The position numbers and the translations under genes were made by a program. This document shows, piece after piece, positions 50,276 through 64,000 of a stretch of 64,000 nucleotides of DNA (positions within the stretch are counted from its first letter, which is position 1; every line of letters begins with the position of its first letter). The stretch is from the human T2T-CHM13v2.0 reference genome, Homo sapiens, in the NCBI RefSeq assembly GCF_009914755.1, contig NC_060942.1; one strand, written 5' to 3'. A model generated the notes under the pieces. It was not told where the DNA came from and did not search any database. It worked only from the letters and a program-made list of their open reading frames with translations.

Positions 50276-52212
50276 AGAGAGGAAGGGGTGAGGCAAATGG
50301 AAAAATAAGGCCCTCCAGTGATCATCTCCCCCACAAAAACATGAAATTAAACAACTATCCAAGCACAAAAGCACCTTTACAAGTGCTAAGGAATCCAATA
50401 GAGCACCTGTTTTTAGCACAATAAGAAAAGAGGCATTGAAGAAGGTAGGAAGGACAGAGTCTCACTGCTCACCTCAGCGCTTCCCCAACTCCAGGCAGTG
50501 CAGCACAGAAACACAACCCACAGGAGGGAAGGTGAGTGATGTGACTGAAGGACTTTGACTTGGATCCCAGTGTTGGGCCCAGCACAGTAAAACACAGGGC
50601 CAGGGAGAACCCCACAGCCACTGACCCCAGGCCAAAACCCATGGACAAAGTCTCTGGAATCACCCCAGCACTTGGTGGAAAACTGCAGCCCCAATAGGAC
50701 AGTCTCATGTTCTGACCTGCACCACCTCTGGCCTTCGATAGTGGCATCAGGCCACGAGCAAACCTCAGCAGTAGTCAGGGCGTATCAGCATGGGCCTGGG
50801 ACACACTCCAGGGTTGTGCTGGCCCCAGTTTCCATGGGCTTTGGCCCGATCCAGCTAAGCATGAGTCTTGGTGGCCAAGGGACTGCCCTCACCATCCCTC
50901 CCTAAACCCTGGGCAGCACAGTGCAAAGAGTGACTCCACCCACTGGAGGGAAGGAAAGGAAAGAAACTAAGCACAGGGCTTTGCCTGGCAATGCAGTGCT
51001 GGCATACCATCGTGAAACCCAACACTGGGGAAGACTCAGTGGCCCCTGACCCAGGCTGGTCCCTGTGGACAGAGCCACTGGACTTGTCACAGTGCCAGGT
51101 GGAGACCAGCAGCCCTGGTGGCACAGTCTCATGTCCCAGCCCACATCACCACTGACTCTCTGCAGCAGCCTAGAGCCATGAATAAATCTCAGGGGCCGGA
51201 AAGCTGTAGCCGTGGAACTTGAGGATCCCCCTGCGCTGCGCTGGCCTCAGTGGCTTTGGGCATGATGTAGCATCATAGCAGCTGTGGTGGCCACAGGACT
51301 CCCTGTCTCATCCATGCCCCACTACAAGCAGCACAGCATGGAGACTGCTTCAGGGAAGCAAAGGAAAGCAGGCACATGTGGCCTTGCAGCCCAGTGCTGA
51401 GCTCACTACAGAGATCCAGCCCTGGGCACAGCCCTGCAGTGCTTGACCCCAACCTGGGGACCGTAAACAGAACCCCTGGAGCTGTTCCGGCCCCAGGCAG
51501 AAACGTGCAAACCCAGTGGGATGAAATACACTCTGTAAGCCCCGCTCTAGTCCTTCCAGGCCAGAACGACAAAGCAACTTTGGATATGTGGCAAATCCAG
51601 GCTTAGAGCGCCCTCTAATGCTAAAAAAGCAGCAGTGACCACAGTTGAAAAATGTAATGAACCAAATAAAAAATACCAGCAGAATCAATCAATCAAACAG
51701 AAAAAAGAATCAATGAGCTCAAAGACAGGCTTTTTGAAAAGATATCAAATCAGACAAGGACATAACAACAACAACAACAACAACAAAATTACAGGACTAT
51801 TTCCCTGAAGAATATAGATGCAAAAATCCTCACAAAATACTAGCCAACTAAATCCCATAGCACATCGTGAAGATTATTCACCAAGATCAAGTAGAATTCA
51901 TCCCAGAAATATAAAGATGGTTCAACATATGCAAATCAATAAAGGTGATACATCAGATTAATGGAACGAAGGACAAAAACCATACGCTCATCTCATTAGA
52001 TAAAAACTGTCAACAGATTGGGTATAGAAGAAATATACCTCAATATAATAAAGGCCATATATAACAGAACCATCATACTGAATGGGAAAAGCTGGATGTT
52101 TTCTCTCTAAGATCTGACACAAGATAAGGATGCTTATGTTTACCATTTTTATTCAATGTAGTACTGAAAGTCCTAGCCAGACCAATCAGGTAAGAAAAAG
52201 AAATAAAAGGCA
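50276..52212 (+). mobile_element. Old L1 (L1M-type) 5' end, internally deleted (ORF1 joined to ORF2)
   Basis: GC-rich repeated 5'UTR; ORF1 'gagctcaaagacaggctttttgaaa' joined directly to the ORF2 region equivalent to [13 protein letters not shown]; ends after VLARPIR. Confidence 0.8.
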
Positions 52213-54812
52213 CAGCTGCATAGCTACTTTTGTGTTAATATATTATTTTTATTAGAAAATATATTTTGGTGAATGTGAAAATTTTATAAAAGTGAGCTCC
52301 TATCAGTGTACACTCTAAAAACCATGCTTCATTCCATCTTACCTGAACTGTAACCCACTGTTTATGGGACTTGGGTGACAAAATCCCAAGTCTTCAATAT
52401 CAGCCAGATAACACAGGCAGAACTTCCTCAAATAAAACTCTTAGGAGCTACTGATGTTGCCATGATTAAAGGAGAAGAAAGGGATGGGTCATTTGTTTTC
52501 TCATTTGCAACATGATCATAAAAAATGTGTGCGTCCTTGTGTTGGATGTTTAAATCGTATCATTTATGTACATCACTTACTGATGTGCTTACATTTGAAA
52601 ACATAAAAAGAGCATAGCTTGGTTTGTCATTATCATATAGGTCAACAATACCATCATTGTCATCACCATCATTATATTTTGTACATTAAAGTAAAAATGG
52701 ACAAAAAGGATCTGGGAGGTGAGATTGACCATGCATTGTGTGAACAGATTATGGATGTGAGTACACTGGACAACATGCCCCACCTTGTAGCAAAATTCTA
52801 TCTGGAAAACAAGGAATGGAACTATGTAGAGAGAGCTGGCACACTCAGAGAAAGCAAGATCATCACCAATTAGATGTCAGTGCTATTTACAGAGATATTG
52901 AAACCTATGGACTCCAGGAGGATAGAGAAACTTCAGGAACATTTGGGTAATGGGTGGCTGCTATTACTTAACACCTATGTGACAATTATCCCGTTTTAGC
53001 AAATGGAAAGTACAGCTTAGGATGCTTGTTTGCCTCTAGCATGTTTATAGTATCAAGACATTTGAATCTTTTTTCAGGAAAATCAGAAGAGAAAGTCTTG
53101 TTCCAAAGTAAAGAATTAGAAAAACTCGGAGTAGCTTCATCACATATAAAAAGCTGCCTTGACTGCGAAACCCAAGCAGTCCTGCACCATAGTCAGTTCC
53201 CCTGATCAATAACAAAACAAGGGGAAAGTCTGGTTTTCTTGCTGAAGAGATTTCACTTTACCATCATATTCTTTGTAGCTTAGCAACAAGAAAATGTGAT
53301 TTGTTCATATTTTATTGTTCATGGCTAAGTGCATATGATACAGGTTGAGAAAAAAATTAAAACCCAAGCACAGAGATCAGGACCACATAAGGTTCAAAAT
53401 TCCTTAAATTTCATTCTAGTTAAAAATGAGTTCTGGCATATCCATCCCTTATCAAAGAAAAGATAAAAGTTGTCTTAAATGAATAATATATGGAGTAAAA
53501 ATTAAAGGAGACAAATATACTTATAACTGCTTAATTCTGAGAAATGATAATCTTATATCCAAGGAATTGAAACGGTGAAATCACCATAATTACTTTAATT
53601 TCTTTATTTTAAATGTGATTGCAGCCTTGTCACTGTCTCCTTATTTGAAATTTCTTAACTGCTACAGCACATACTTAAGTATTGACATCATTAATTTGAA
53701 ATTTGCAAAACTAAAACTGGGACAAGGAGGACTTTGGAAAATAGTTTGATTTTTTTAGGAATATTAGATACATTCTATATGTAAGATATGTTTTTGGAAT
53801 TTTTTTTTAAACTCATGTCTGACTGAAAAAAACATTTATTTTTTAAAAATTACCTACATTCCTAGAACTCACTTTTCAAATAAAAGTTTTAATTTTTACG
53901 AACATGAAAGAAGCAAAACTTACAGAATTAAAACTTATTCCATCTGTGATGAATATAAGTATGAAAATGAATTAATAAAGTTTTGGTCTAAAATGACTAG
54001 GTAATATATGTAGCTTAAGAACTATATAGCAAGTAAATGAAAGTCATTTTATTCAGAGAATTTGATGGGAACCTAATATTTTTTGAGTATTTCCTATAAG
54101 ATAAATGAAACTAGACTAACTTGTATGAGTCACCAAATTAAAGGATAAATATGCGAAGAAAACAAATTCTTTATTGCATTATAATGAAAAGAATCTTATG
54201 AACTGTAGGACTCTTTGATCTGGATGTTTAGTCTGAGGCTAATGAAAGAACTCATTCATCTGATTTTTTCCATGGCCTGTCTAGGATTTCCGGACACACA
54301 CTGAGTCTAGAACTGTGGGCTAAATGGGCATTTCTTGAGTAAAAGAGGTAGACATCAAACTGTACACTGTGATTTATTTAACTTTTATGGAGTTGAAAAA
54401 ATAAAATAATGTATGTTAACAGAAATCAAAACAGGGGCTGCATATGGTGGGGTGAGTGGATATTGGTTAACAAGTTACAAGGAGGTATTTTCTGCATCAA
54501 TAGACATGATCCATATATTGATAAGGCTGTTGTATACTACAGGGAATATGAAGTTTAAAACTCTGTAACGTGCACATTTTACTATATTTTAATTTTATAT
54601 TTATACAAAATTTTTTAAAGGAAAAAAATAATCATTAAACAGTAATGGAGATAGGCCTATTTTATTTGTAAATCTTCTCTGACGGTAAAACTGACCAATT
54701 CAGGCTGCCAGTTGATGGCTGGGTTTCAGGTGGAATGTTGGGATGTTCTTTGGTGTTTGTTGTTCCAGTAGGATCCACGGTTACCGGGCAGAGCCGTGAT
54801 GGCTGCGGTGCA

Positions 54813-55657
54813 ATGGAGGGACTGCAATCCTCTGTAGAGCTGAGGCCTGGGCTGACCCCTTGGGAAGCTGGACGAGGTGACTGTGGAGATGCTCGGTCCA
54901 CGACTCACCTTCCATAGCCTCCAGGGGTAGACACCGGTGTGTCCACCGCTCACTGGCTCATGGGTTGGTCCCTTATTTTTATTGAGACCTGTTCAATCTG
55001 TTAGAAACTGACTTTACATAAGGCATGAAAAGCAGCCTGCGGAATCACTAGCTACACAGATTGAGGATAAATACCAACTCACTGACAAACGGCACTTGTG
55101 TTCAGAGTGTTCAGAGACGGAGTCATTTTTAGAAATGCCAGGCTAGAGAGTGTTTCAGTATAGCCACCCTTGCCGAGGCTTACAGAAGGGCAAAGACCAC
55201 CATCTCAAGATTGATGGAAGAATCAGTTTTCTTGGTTCAAGAAATGAAGACGGAGAAATACAAATGTTCTAAACAAGAAGAGGTGACAGACGAGAGGCTA
55301 AAAATGCTAGAGTTCCTAGAAGAGCTCATAGGAATCACCCCATCACAAGCAATCTTTCCAAACCTCCCAGGAGGCCAAGAGCCAAGCAAGCCCTGCTGGT
55401 CCCTTCCCCAGGAGTGGGCCTGGGTCTTAAAGAGTGCTGCCCCTCCCCTCCACTCAGGCCTCCCAAGCTGCCAGGTGCATTCACTCACTTCGACTCCATC
55501 TGAGGGTCCAGGGGAGCCCCTTCCTGGGCTGGAGTTCCTCCCCCATCACATGCTGGACACAGCAGTCGGCTCCTTCATGGGCAATTTCTCCAAATTTAAA
55601 GAAGACTGGAGATCCCGGAACACAGCAAGAAATGTGAAAGTTTCTCAGAAAGTTTGA
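54813..55657 (+). pseudogene. cTAGE/MIA2-like intronless pseudogene, copy 2
   Basis: MEGLQSSVELRPGLT...LLRPVQSVRN*LYIRHEKQPAESLATQIEDKYQLTDK...; ORF 55211-55657 EESVFLVQEMKTEKYKCSKQEEV resembles cTAGE EDEILCLEKELKEEKSKHSEQDEL; frameshifts and stops. Confidence 0.8.
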
Positions 55658-56409
55658 TTCGCTCTCATTGGCAGTGAAAGAAATGCTATACTTGAGACAC
55701 TAATCTCTTCCTCAAATTGAAACATCATCAAAGTACATTTCTCAAGATAAAGCTCTGCAAATGTTAACTATATAAGTAAATAATTTACATTTTATTCTCC
55801 AATTATTGTATTATACTTTGAAAATATATGCAGTTTGTTAATAAAGACTTTTAGTACTCAATAGCAATATTTTTTCTAGAGTTATATTTCTAACAGTTAT
55901 AAGTTAAAGCATTATTTTTTGGACTTAGTATGTATTCATTGAAAAATAAAAACAAAATGCTTAATATATTTATTTGGGGATAAAGTGGGAAGGCATGTTT
56001 GAACTTTATATTATTTAATTGCTATATTCTAATAATGGATAAATTTTTTTTATAAAAAATTGTTAAATTACACGGAGATGGTTTTCTTCTACTTGTAGTG
56101 CACTGTAGGAAAAGACTTTTTAAAGAAATCCTCTTGGATTGGGGAATTCCACATCACTGCCCCCCATTTCCTGTCAAAATCACCAGAACACTTCTCAGTG
56201 GAAAGCTGAGAAAAGTTGTAAGGGAATTTTCTCTCACAAAATTAAGCCAGGGTTTCCACAATGAGTATCTTTAGTCACCAAGGATACACCATTATTATGC
56301 GGTGAAGACAAACTGGGTCTTATGGTGGAAGAGAAGCAGCAAGTGACTTTTGAGTACAAAGAGTGGGGGTACAGGAGTAACATGAGATCAGTGACAGAGA
56401 CAGCATCAT

Positions 56410-57390
56410 CAGAAGTGCTCAGGTTGAAGACAGAGCAATGAAGACTCGAAAGTCCTTGTCCTCTTGATGACATTTTAGGAAGAAAAGGCAGATACCAAAC
56501 AATATTATTAAATAAAGGCATAAATGGACACAGAGCATCAGAAGGTGGTTAAGTTTTACGGAGAAGAATGAAGAGGGGAGGGGAGGCAGTGACACATGGG
56601 AGGATGGGGGCAATATTGGTAGAAGAGGTCAGTAAAAAATATTGAGGATCACACACCTGAGCAGTGAGGACACCTGGGGTAAAGCTTTGCAGGTGAGGGG
56701 ACAGAAACGACAATAGCCCAGAAGTGGGTATGAATGTGGTGGGTGTGAGAACCAGCCTGAGGTCAGAGTGGCTTGAATTCAGTGAACGATGGCCAGAGGA
56801 AGTTTAGTGAAGGCCACCAAGGGTCAGATGATGGAGGGAGCTCTCACCATGATAAGAATTTCATTTCAATTTAAAAGGTCAGGAGCTGCTGTGTGTGGAA
56901 ACTGGTAAAGCAGAGAGACCAGCTGGGAGGCCGTACCAGTGAATCGAAGTTGAGGAAGGTGATGGATTGACCTAGGGGGCAGTGGAGGTAACGATGGAGA
57001 GATGGGGTGAAGTCCAGGACCTGTGCTGGAGGCAGAGACCCTGAGACTTGCTGATGTCTATGGGTGCAAAGAAGAGGGGAGTCAGGACCAGGATAAGGGG
57101 TCAGGCCTACATGGGCATCTGTGTGAAGGGGGTGTCCTTCATTGGAACACGAAGAGATGGCAGAGAAGTGCATGTGGATGGGAAATTGGAATGAGCTTGT
57201 TTGGGAGAAGACTTTAGACAGAGACCCTGATAATGAAGTCAAAATATCAAGTAATCAGGGGGATATAAGTGTAGGACTTAGAGGAGCAATCACAGCTGTA
57301 GTTATAAATGTGACAGGTCATTGGGGAGTGAAGTTACCACAACAGAGATGACGTGCAAGGCCTGAGAAGATTCCATGGGGCAAATTCAAT
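56410..57390 (-). mobile_element. L2 LINE fragment
   Basis: Purine-rich antisense L2 pattern starting near 'aaagtccttgtcctcttgatgacattt'. Confidence 0.65.
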
Positions 57391-57581
57391 GGTCTTGTTG
57401 GTGGCCAGAGCCTTCCTTAGGCTTCCTAGTCTCAACAATATCACAGAAAGCCTCGACAGTGACCTACCCAAGTCTCTCTCCATGAACTGGGACTTCAGTT
57501 GCGCAGAATCCCCATAAATCAGCCTCCAGTATTTACATGTATGTATGTGTGTCCACACACCATGCATATATATGTACATCC

Positions 57582-58290
57582 TGAGGAAGATTCTCTCCTC
57601 GACCGAGTTCTAGCCAGGCTCCCCTAAGCCCTCTTGTCAACTAGGCCTCAATCTTAGCCTATAAAATTTACAGACTCAGCAGAAATAATTGTGTCCACCT
57701 CTCTTCCTACATTTAAAGATTTAAACAAACACTTACATGGTTTCTATCAGCACAGGGCTGCATCCCTAGGATAAAAGTGCCTGCCTGAGAAAACTCAAGA
57801 CTGCCAAACAATTCACTGTTTTGGAAACACCTGACAATAAGCCCATCTTCCTTTCTTAGAGATTACCAGAAAGAGCTACACAATGGTGAATCCTTCCTCT
57901 ATCACTTTGAGATGTATATTTCCTATACATCAGGAGTGTCTTTCTCAAGAACGTGACAGGCATTCCTTTGAAATGTAATCATCAGGAACTACAGAGCCTC
58001 TATTTCCCAGTCTGTGCGAAAGGGCAGAGTCCATCCACATGGCCAGCTAGAGACACCGCTGCTTAATCTCACTTACACTGACCAACCCTTTGAAAGTTTC
58101 TACTTTCCTGAGTCTACTGAGATCCCACTCATCCCCCTCCATCCTGCCGCTTTCTCCTTTAAAACATCCAGTCATCTCTGTTCAAATTAAAGTTGAGTTT
58201 AGTTCATGAGGGACTCTCTTTCCTACCAGAATAGTATATTGTTGATTAAAATCTGCCCTTACTACTTAACCAGTGCCTTTATCTTTGACA
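57582..58290 (+). mobile_element. ERV1 solo LTR (MER67/MER31-group)
   Basis: tgaggaagattctctcctcgacc...gattaaaatctg...ctttgaca; TG...CA termini. Confidence 0.7.
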
Positions 58291-58395
58291 GTTAATACAT
58301 GTACATATATGTATACTCATATGCATCTACATACACCTATAACAATACATATATACACACATATTTAGAAATATGTACATATTCTTAATGGCTAC

Positions 58396-58804
58396 TATTA
58401 AAAGAAAAACTTTAAACAAATTAAGAGTTTAATTGAGCAAAGAACAATTCACACATCTGGCTCCACCAGAACCAGAGTATGTTCAGAGTGGCTCCAGGGC
58501 TTCCAGGTGGCTGAATAACATTCATGGACAGAGAAACGAAAGTGGCATACAGAAAATTAAAGTGAGGAACAGAAACAGCTGAATTGGTTACAGCTTGACA
58601 TCTGCCTTATCTGAACATGGCTTTAACAATTGTCTGACTGTGACTGGCCAAAATGTGGCTGCAGTGATTGGCTGAGACTTGGCTACCTGTTACAGGAGTA
58701 GGTTACAATCTGTTTACACATCCAATTAGGTTATGATTCACTATGTATGAAAAAACCATCAGTCTGAACTTAAAATATGTTAACGAGATAGCTTTCAGCT
58801 AACA
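58396..58804 (-). mobile_element. MER57-like ERV1 LTR
   Basis: tattaaaagaaaaactttaaacaaatt...gaacttaaaatatgt...taaca; absent from the paralogous site near 27340. Confidence 0.75.
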
Positions 58805-59129
58805 ATTCTTTGTCTCTCCTACTTATTTTAAAGATATTACTAGACATTTCCTTGAAGTTTTCCTATGATCTCTGCATTTATTTTCTTTTCCTTTGGTTTC
58901 TTGCTTTAATGCGTGTGTTTCTTCTCCATCTTTCATGCTACAGGAAGTCCTCAAATATCAAGTGGTCTTTGGCCCCCATACATATTTATGTGGCAGAAAG
59001 GAAACAGCTAAGTGGAGCTCTGTATGCCTGGGGCCTGTCCTTCTCAACACTTTTCTTCAGAGATGTTGAGTGTTGAACTAGTAACAGGCAAACAATAGTG
59101 TTGCCCACACTAACCTCTAAAAACATTAT

Positions 59130-61290
59130 GTCTCTTTCTAAATGCTCTGTCTAGGACTTCTAGTATTATATTGCATAAAAGTGGTAAACATCGGTATCCC
59201 TGCCTTGTTCCAGATCTTTTATAAAACCGGCTTTTTCCTTTTCAGTATAACATTAGCATTGAGTGCTACATACGGCCTTTATTATGTTAAGGTGTTTTTC
59301 TTCTACACCTAATTTGTTGAGTTTTTAATCATAAAGAAATGTTGAATTTTACAGACTGCTTTTTCTACATCTATTGAGATGATCATAAAGTTTGTGTCCT
59401 TCATTCTGCTGATGTGATGTATTATGTTTATCAACTTGCATATGTAAAGCATCCTTGCATTGCTGGCATAAATTCTATTTGAGCATGGTCGATAATCTTG
59501 TTAATGTGCCATTGGATTTGGTTTTCTAGTATTTTGTGAGAATTTTTTAAAATTTATGCTCGCAGAGATTGGCCTATAGTTTTTTTGTTTCTGTGCCCTT
59601 ATCTTGTTTTGCTATATTTTCAAATAGCCTGTCTTTGAGCTCACTGATTTTTTTTTGTTTGATTGATTCTGTTGTTGATGCCCCCAGATGCATTTTTATT
59701 TTGTTCATGTTGTTTCCTGGCTCCAGTATTATTTACATCTTAAAACATTATTTCAATCTTTCAACTTACTCTGATAAATTTCTGAATTAGTGATCTGTGT
59801 TTTTTGAAGTTCACTGAGTTTCCTTAAAATAGCTATTTTGAATTATGTCCGTAAGATTATACAACTTCGTCACTTTAGGGTCAGTCCCTGGTGCCTTGTC
59901 CATTTGGTGAGGTCATTGTTCCCTGAATGTTCTTGATGTTAGGGGCACGTGACAATCTCGTGTATTGGAGAATTCCATTTTTTGTTGTGTGTCCATAGTT
60001 GTTATGTTCTTTTGGCCCAGAGGAACTAGAGCAAAACCTAAAGGGGTCCATTTGGTTCTGCAAGTTTTTGCCTGGAGACAGGGAAACTCCAGAGGTTTTA
60101 TGTATGGTCATTAGCTTCGGGAGAGTCACTGTGTGACTCTGCCTCGTGCTGGGCTTCACTGTGGCAGGCCTAGCACTGGGTTGCAGGGCCATGTGTTGTG
60201 CCTACTTTTCTTTCCTTATCCCAAAGAGACCTCTTTATCCACTCAGTGCTCCTTAGTTGAGGAATGGTGTTTGTGGCCGCTGCAGTCCTTGTAACACTGG
60301 GTTAACCCAAAGCCCACAGCTGCAAAGACCAAGGCAGCACAGAGACATCCTTAGACAACATGCTGCTATGGCTTGCCTGCCAATGAGGTTTATTATTGGC
60401 TCTAGGCTGCAGCAGTGCAGCAGTGATACAAATAAGGACAAGAGACTGTGTCACCAGAGCTGCGGGTCTCCACATGGCACTGCAGCAGTTCCAGCAGCTC
60501 TATCTGTGGGCATTGGCCTGGGGTCACGAACCATCAGGTTCTGGCCAATGTTGGGTTTCACCATGTCAAGCTAGTACTGAGCTGTAAGACAAAGTCCTGC
60601 ATTTACTTCTCTCTCCCTCCCTGCCAGTGGATAGAGTCACTCTGCACTGTGCTGCCCAGGACTGGGGGAGAAAAGGTAGGAGCAGTCTCTTGGTTGCCAA
60701 GGCTGATGCTCATCTGGGTCACATCCAAATCCCATGCTGCCAGGACCAACACAGCCCTGGGTGCTCTTGTGGCCCAGGCTGACATGGCCTGTCTGCCAGT
60801 GGGGTTCACTCGTGGCCTAAGGCCACTGTGGAAGGCTAGCAGTGGTGTGAGCTGGAACACAAGACCATGGTTTGGGGCTGAAGGTTTCTGCCTTGCACTG
60901 GGGTGAGTCCAGAGGTGTCACCTACAGGACCTGGCCTGAGGTCAGGGGCCATGGGTTTCTGCCTGGTACTGGGTTTTGCCATGATGGGCCCAGCACTGGG
61001 CTCTAAGTCAAAGTCCTTTATGTACTTCCCACTTCTTTCCCCCGAGTGGGCTGCATCTCTCTCTATGCTGCACTGTGGAAAGCTGGGAGATGGGTGACAC
61101 AGGCAATGTGACTCTGCCCTTCCTACCCACTTCACTGTCTCTATTATTGTGTCAAAACCAGGTATTATAATTTCTCACCTGAATTCCTTGGCTCTTGTGA
61201 AAGTTATTTGTAGATAGTTGTTCAATTTGATGTTTCTGCAGGAAGATGAACACTGAAGGGTTCTATTTCACCATTTGCTTCATTCCCTCG
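59130..61290 (-). mobile_element. Old L1 (L1M-type) 5' end, internally deleted; inverted paralog of 50276-52212
   Basis: Same 5' start, same ORF1/ORF2 junction (~59610) and same approximate 3' break. Confidence 0.8.
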
Positions 61291-61356
61291 TGTATAAAGA
61301 TTACTTTCAAAGACACTCTTCTGACCTTCCCAGGACTGATTCTCATATGTCCCACT

Positions 61357-61530
61357 TTTTAAATTTTTATTTTATTTTTTAGAGACACGGTCTTGCTCTG
61401 TCACCTAGGCTGGAGTAGAGTGGCATGGTCATACCTCACTGCAGCCTCAAACACCTGGGCTTGAGCAATCCTCCCATCTCAGTCTCCCGAGTAGCTAGGA
61501 TCACAGGTGTGTGCAACCACACCCATCTAT
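61357..61530 (-). mobile_element. FLAM/AluJ-type monomer
   Basis: T-rich tail + 'gagacacggtcttgctctgtcacctaggctggag...ctgggcttgagcaatcctccc'. Confidence 0.8.
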
Positions 61531-63008
61531 TCATGTCTCCAACCTTTAAGAGCTTTCAATATTAAATATTTGGGCTCAAGTGAAGTTAAGTTTTGGAGAG
61601 TAAATCTCTCTTGTGCAAAACAGAAAACAACAGTGGTGTTCCTATAGATGAAAGAGGGAGAGGACAGCATTGCCCACTGCTCCCAGGTATCAAGGGCTGA
61701 GTTCCCTTCCTGTGAGTTCAGCTCACCCTATTCCGACTTGCTGGGAAGTGGACACAGATGAAGGATCCAGGTTGTTGGCCATTTGGAAGTGAAGGGGTGC
61801 TGATATCTCAACGCTTCATTTCATTTTTCTCCAACTCTTTCTCTGCTTATATACGAGTTGAGTGATGTTGCTCTGCTGTGTAAACCATCAGTTTCCAACC
61901 ACCTTCTCCATCAAACCTTATGCACTCAAGTTTATACATAGTGTGTGCTCCTGGAGTCTCCAAATCAAATGAAGTAGTTCCTTTTGGCTACAAATTAGAT
62001 TGGATGAGAGGTGAGCAGTAAAAACAGTGATGATGAAATTAACAATTTCCTCAATTTATGGCTTCATCATTCTTATTACAATGAAGAAAAAGTTTCTAGT
62101 GATTTGTTGGAAAAACTGCTTCACTAAAATACTAGTATTTTTCTTTTCAGGAGAAACTACAGCCCTATATAAGCACAATGGTTGCAGGATGGAGTTTCAG
62201 AGGGTGACACAGATGGTCTCAGGTGGAGGTGGCCCCACTAAATGGAGTGTAGTATGTGTAAAGCAGCCTGTGCCCACATCATCACCTGGAAATGGCCATC
62301 CCATATCAGTATGACCTCAAGTCCTCATGGAGGTGCAAGTCCAAGTGGTCAAATAACCTGGCGTTGAAGGTGGCCTCCAGCTTGAAAGCAAAGATGTGCT
62401 GAGATATCCTCTATAAATCACATTAGGGAGCCCTTGTGGAATAAGGCAGTTGATGCATTTGGTTTAGAATGGTAAAATCAAGGGGCTTGGATGTACAGAT
62501 TCCAGTTCCCCTGAATGGGGACATGACCACATGAAGGACTGGCAAGTAAGAAGTTTGTAAATAATGTGGCTCTCAGTGTTGGAAACATTTGTCAGTATTT
62601 TGTCCTTTTGAGTTTATGCAAGATCAGTAGGATGCTTTTGTCCCAATACTGCTCATGTTTTTCATGATGAAAATGTTTGTGTGTATATGTATGTTTATAT
62701 TAATACTCTAACAAATGCCATGTGTGAAGTAAAAAAACACAGTAACTCACAAGTAGAAAGTGCGAGGTGAGTAACAAACACAATGAGTTTGTGGTCAACA
62801 TCCTATGGCTGATGACCTCATATCCAGACTCAAGAGTCACATTTCAGAGGCCCCAGAGCTCTCATCATTGATAACCTCAATTTATTTCCAATGATAGACC
62901 CTCATACACAGAGCAACAGACCTGACCCCTATGGTCTCCACACTGTCCTCTACATTGTCCCTTTCACTGTCCCTGTTGAAAATCAGTCGCCTATACAACT
63001 TTCACTGT

Positions 63009-63401
<393 letters not shown>

Positions 63402-63474
63402 TAGCAGTGGATATTCAGGGAGGCTCCGACTTGTTACAATAGCCAGGGAGCATCCACACCACATGAATGCTGAT

Positions 63475-63695
63475 GTGGCATTTCCCAAAGTATTCTCTGA
63501 GAACTAGTTTCTCAAGATGCTCAAGGGAAAAGCCACCCAGTCTGGAACACTGCCAAGATTTTCCTGGTTCACAAGGTTCACAACAGACATTTGCAACGTC
63601 TGAACTTATTTAACCTCGGGACCTATTTATCCGATGACATTTGTTAATATCTTGAGTCCCTCGTGTTCTATAGAGCATCTTCTGGAAAGCACTGA
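63475..63695. mobile_element. hAT-Charlie MITE remnant (MER5/MER103-like)
   Basis: Degenerate terminal inverted repeats 'catttcccaaagta...ctggaaagcactg'. Confidence 0.45.
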
Positions 63696-64000
63696 GTATG
63701 TGCATCTGAAATCTTTATTAGGGTCTATGTTTCAGGGAATCCAGTAAAGTGAGTGAAATGTGCCTTCTGCCTCTGTTGGTCTCCAACAGCATGAAATTTA
63801 TAGTCTCCACCCTAACTTCCCAGGTGAAAGGAATGTTTTTGTGACACAGAATCTGGAGCTAACTCCTAAAATTAACATCTGTTCTCAGTGTCAGGTCTCT
63901 GGAGGTCTGTTCCATCCTCTTCCTTACCCAGCCAACTTCCACCATCTCCCCATTTCATTAATCACTTCCTTCAGGAAGCCTCACCTCCCCTCTACTTCCC

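Larger units (their letters stand above)
53722..59125 (+). repeat. Old direct duplication, copy 2 (paralog of 20270-27590)
   Basis: Same anchors as copy 1; additionally carries the L2, the complete LTR and a MER57 insertion. Confidence 0.88.

Noticed and set aside
50413-51688. Cluster of GC-rich overlapping ORFs (also 59881-61135)
   Set aside because: They lie in old L1 5'UTR sequence; openness is explained by GC content.
52619-52873. 84-aa ORF with protein-like composition
   Set aside because: No recognisable homology or splice context; starts in low-complexity (CAT)n-like sequence.

Overview
Primate (human-like) intergenic DNA dominated by retroelements; I see no intact protein-coding gene, RNA gene or CRISPR array. 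Repeat family names come from my recall of consensus sequences, not from a database search. Main content: (1) two full-length but inactivated L1PA4/5-like LINE-1s in inverted, head-to-head orientation (2462-8581 minus; 29839-35964 plus). Each has its own target-site duplication, yet they share many non-consensus substitutions, including two identical nonsense mutations, suggesting gene conversion or recurrent inversion of the 21 kb between them. (2) A processed NSMCE4A pseudogene (~18.7-19.8 kb). (3) Two decayed, intronless cTAGE/MIA2-like retrogene copies (~21.4-22.4 kb and ~54.8-55.7 kb) inside an old direct duplication. (4) An old inverted duplication (~50.1-52.2 kb vs ~59.1-61.6 kb) bracketing the second cTAGE-like copy. 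(5) Many Alu, old L1, L2, MIR, THE1, ERV1 LTR and MER1B remnants, a perfect 17-bp hairpin and a nascent minisatellite. I find interesting structural history but no supportable novel functional system.
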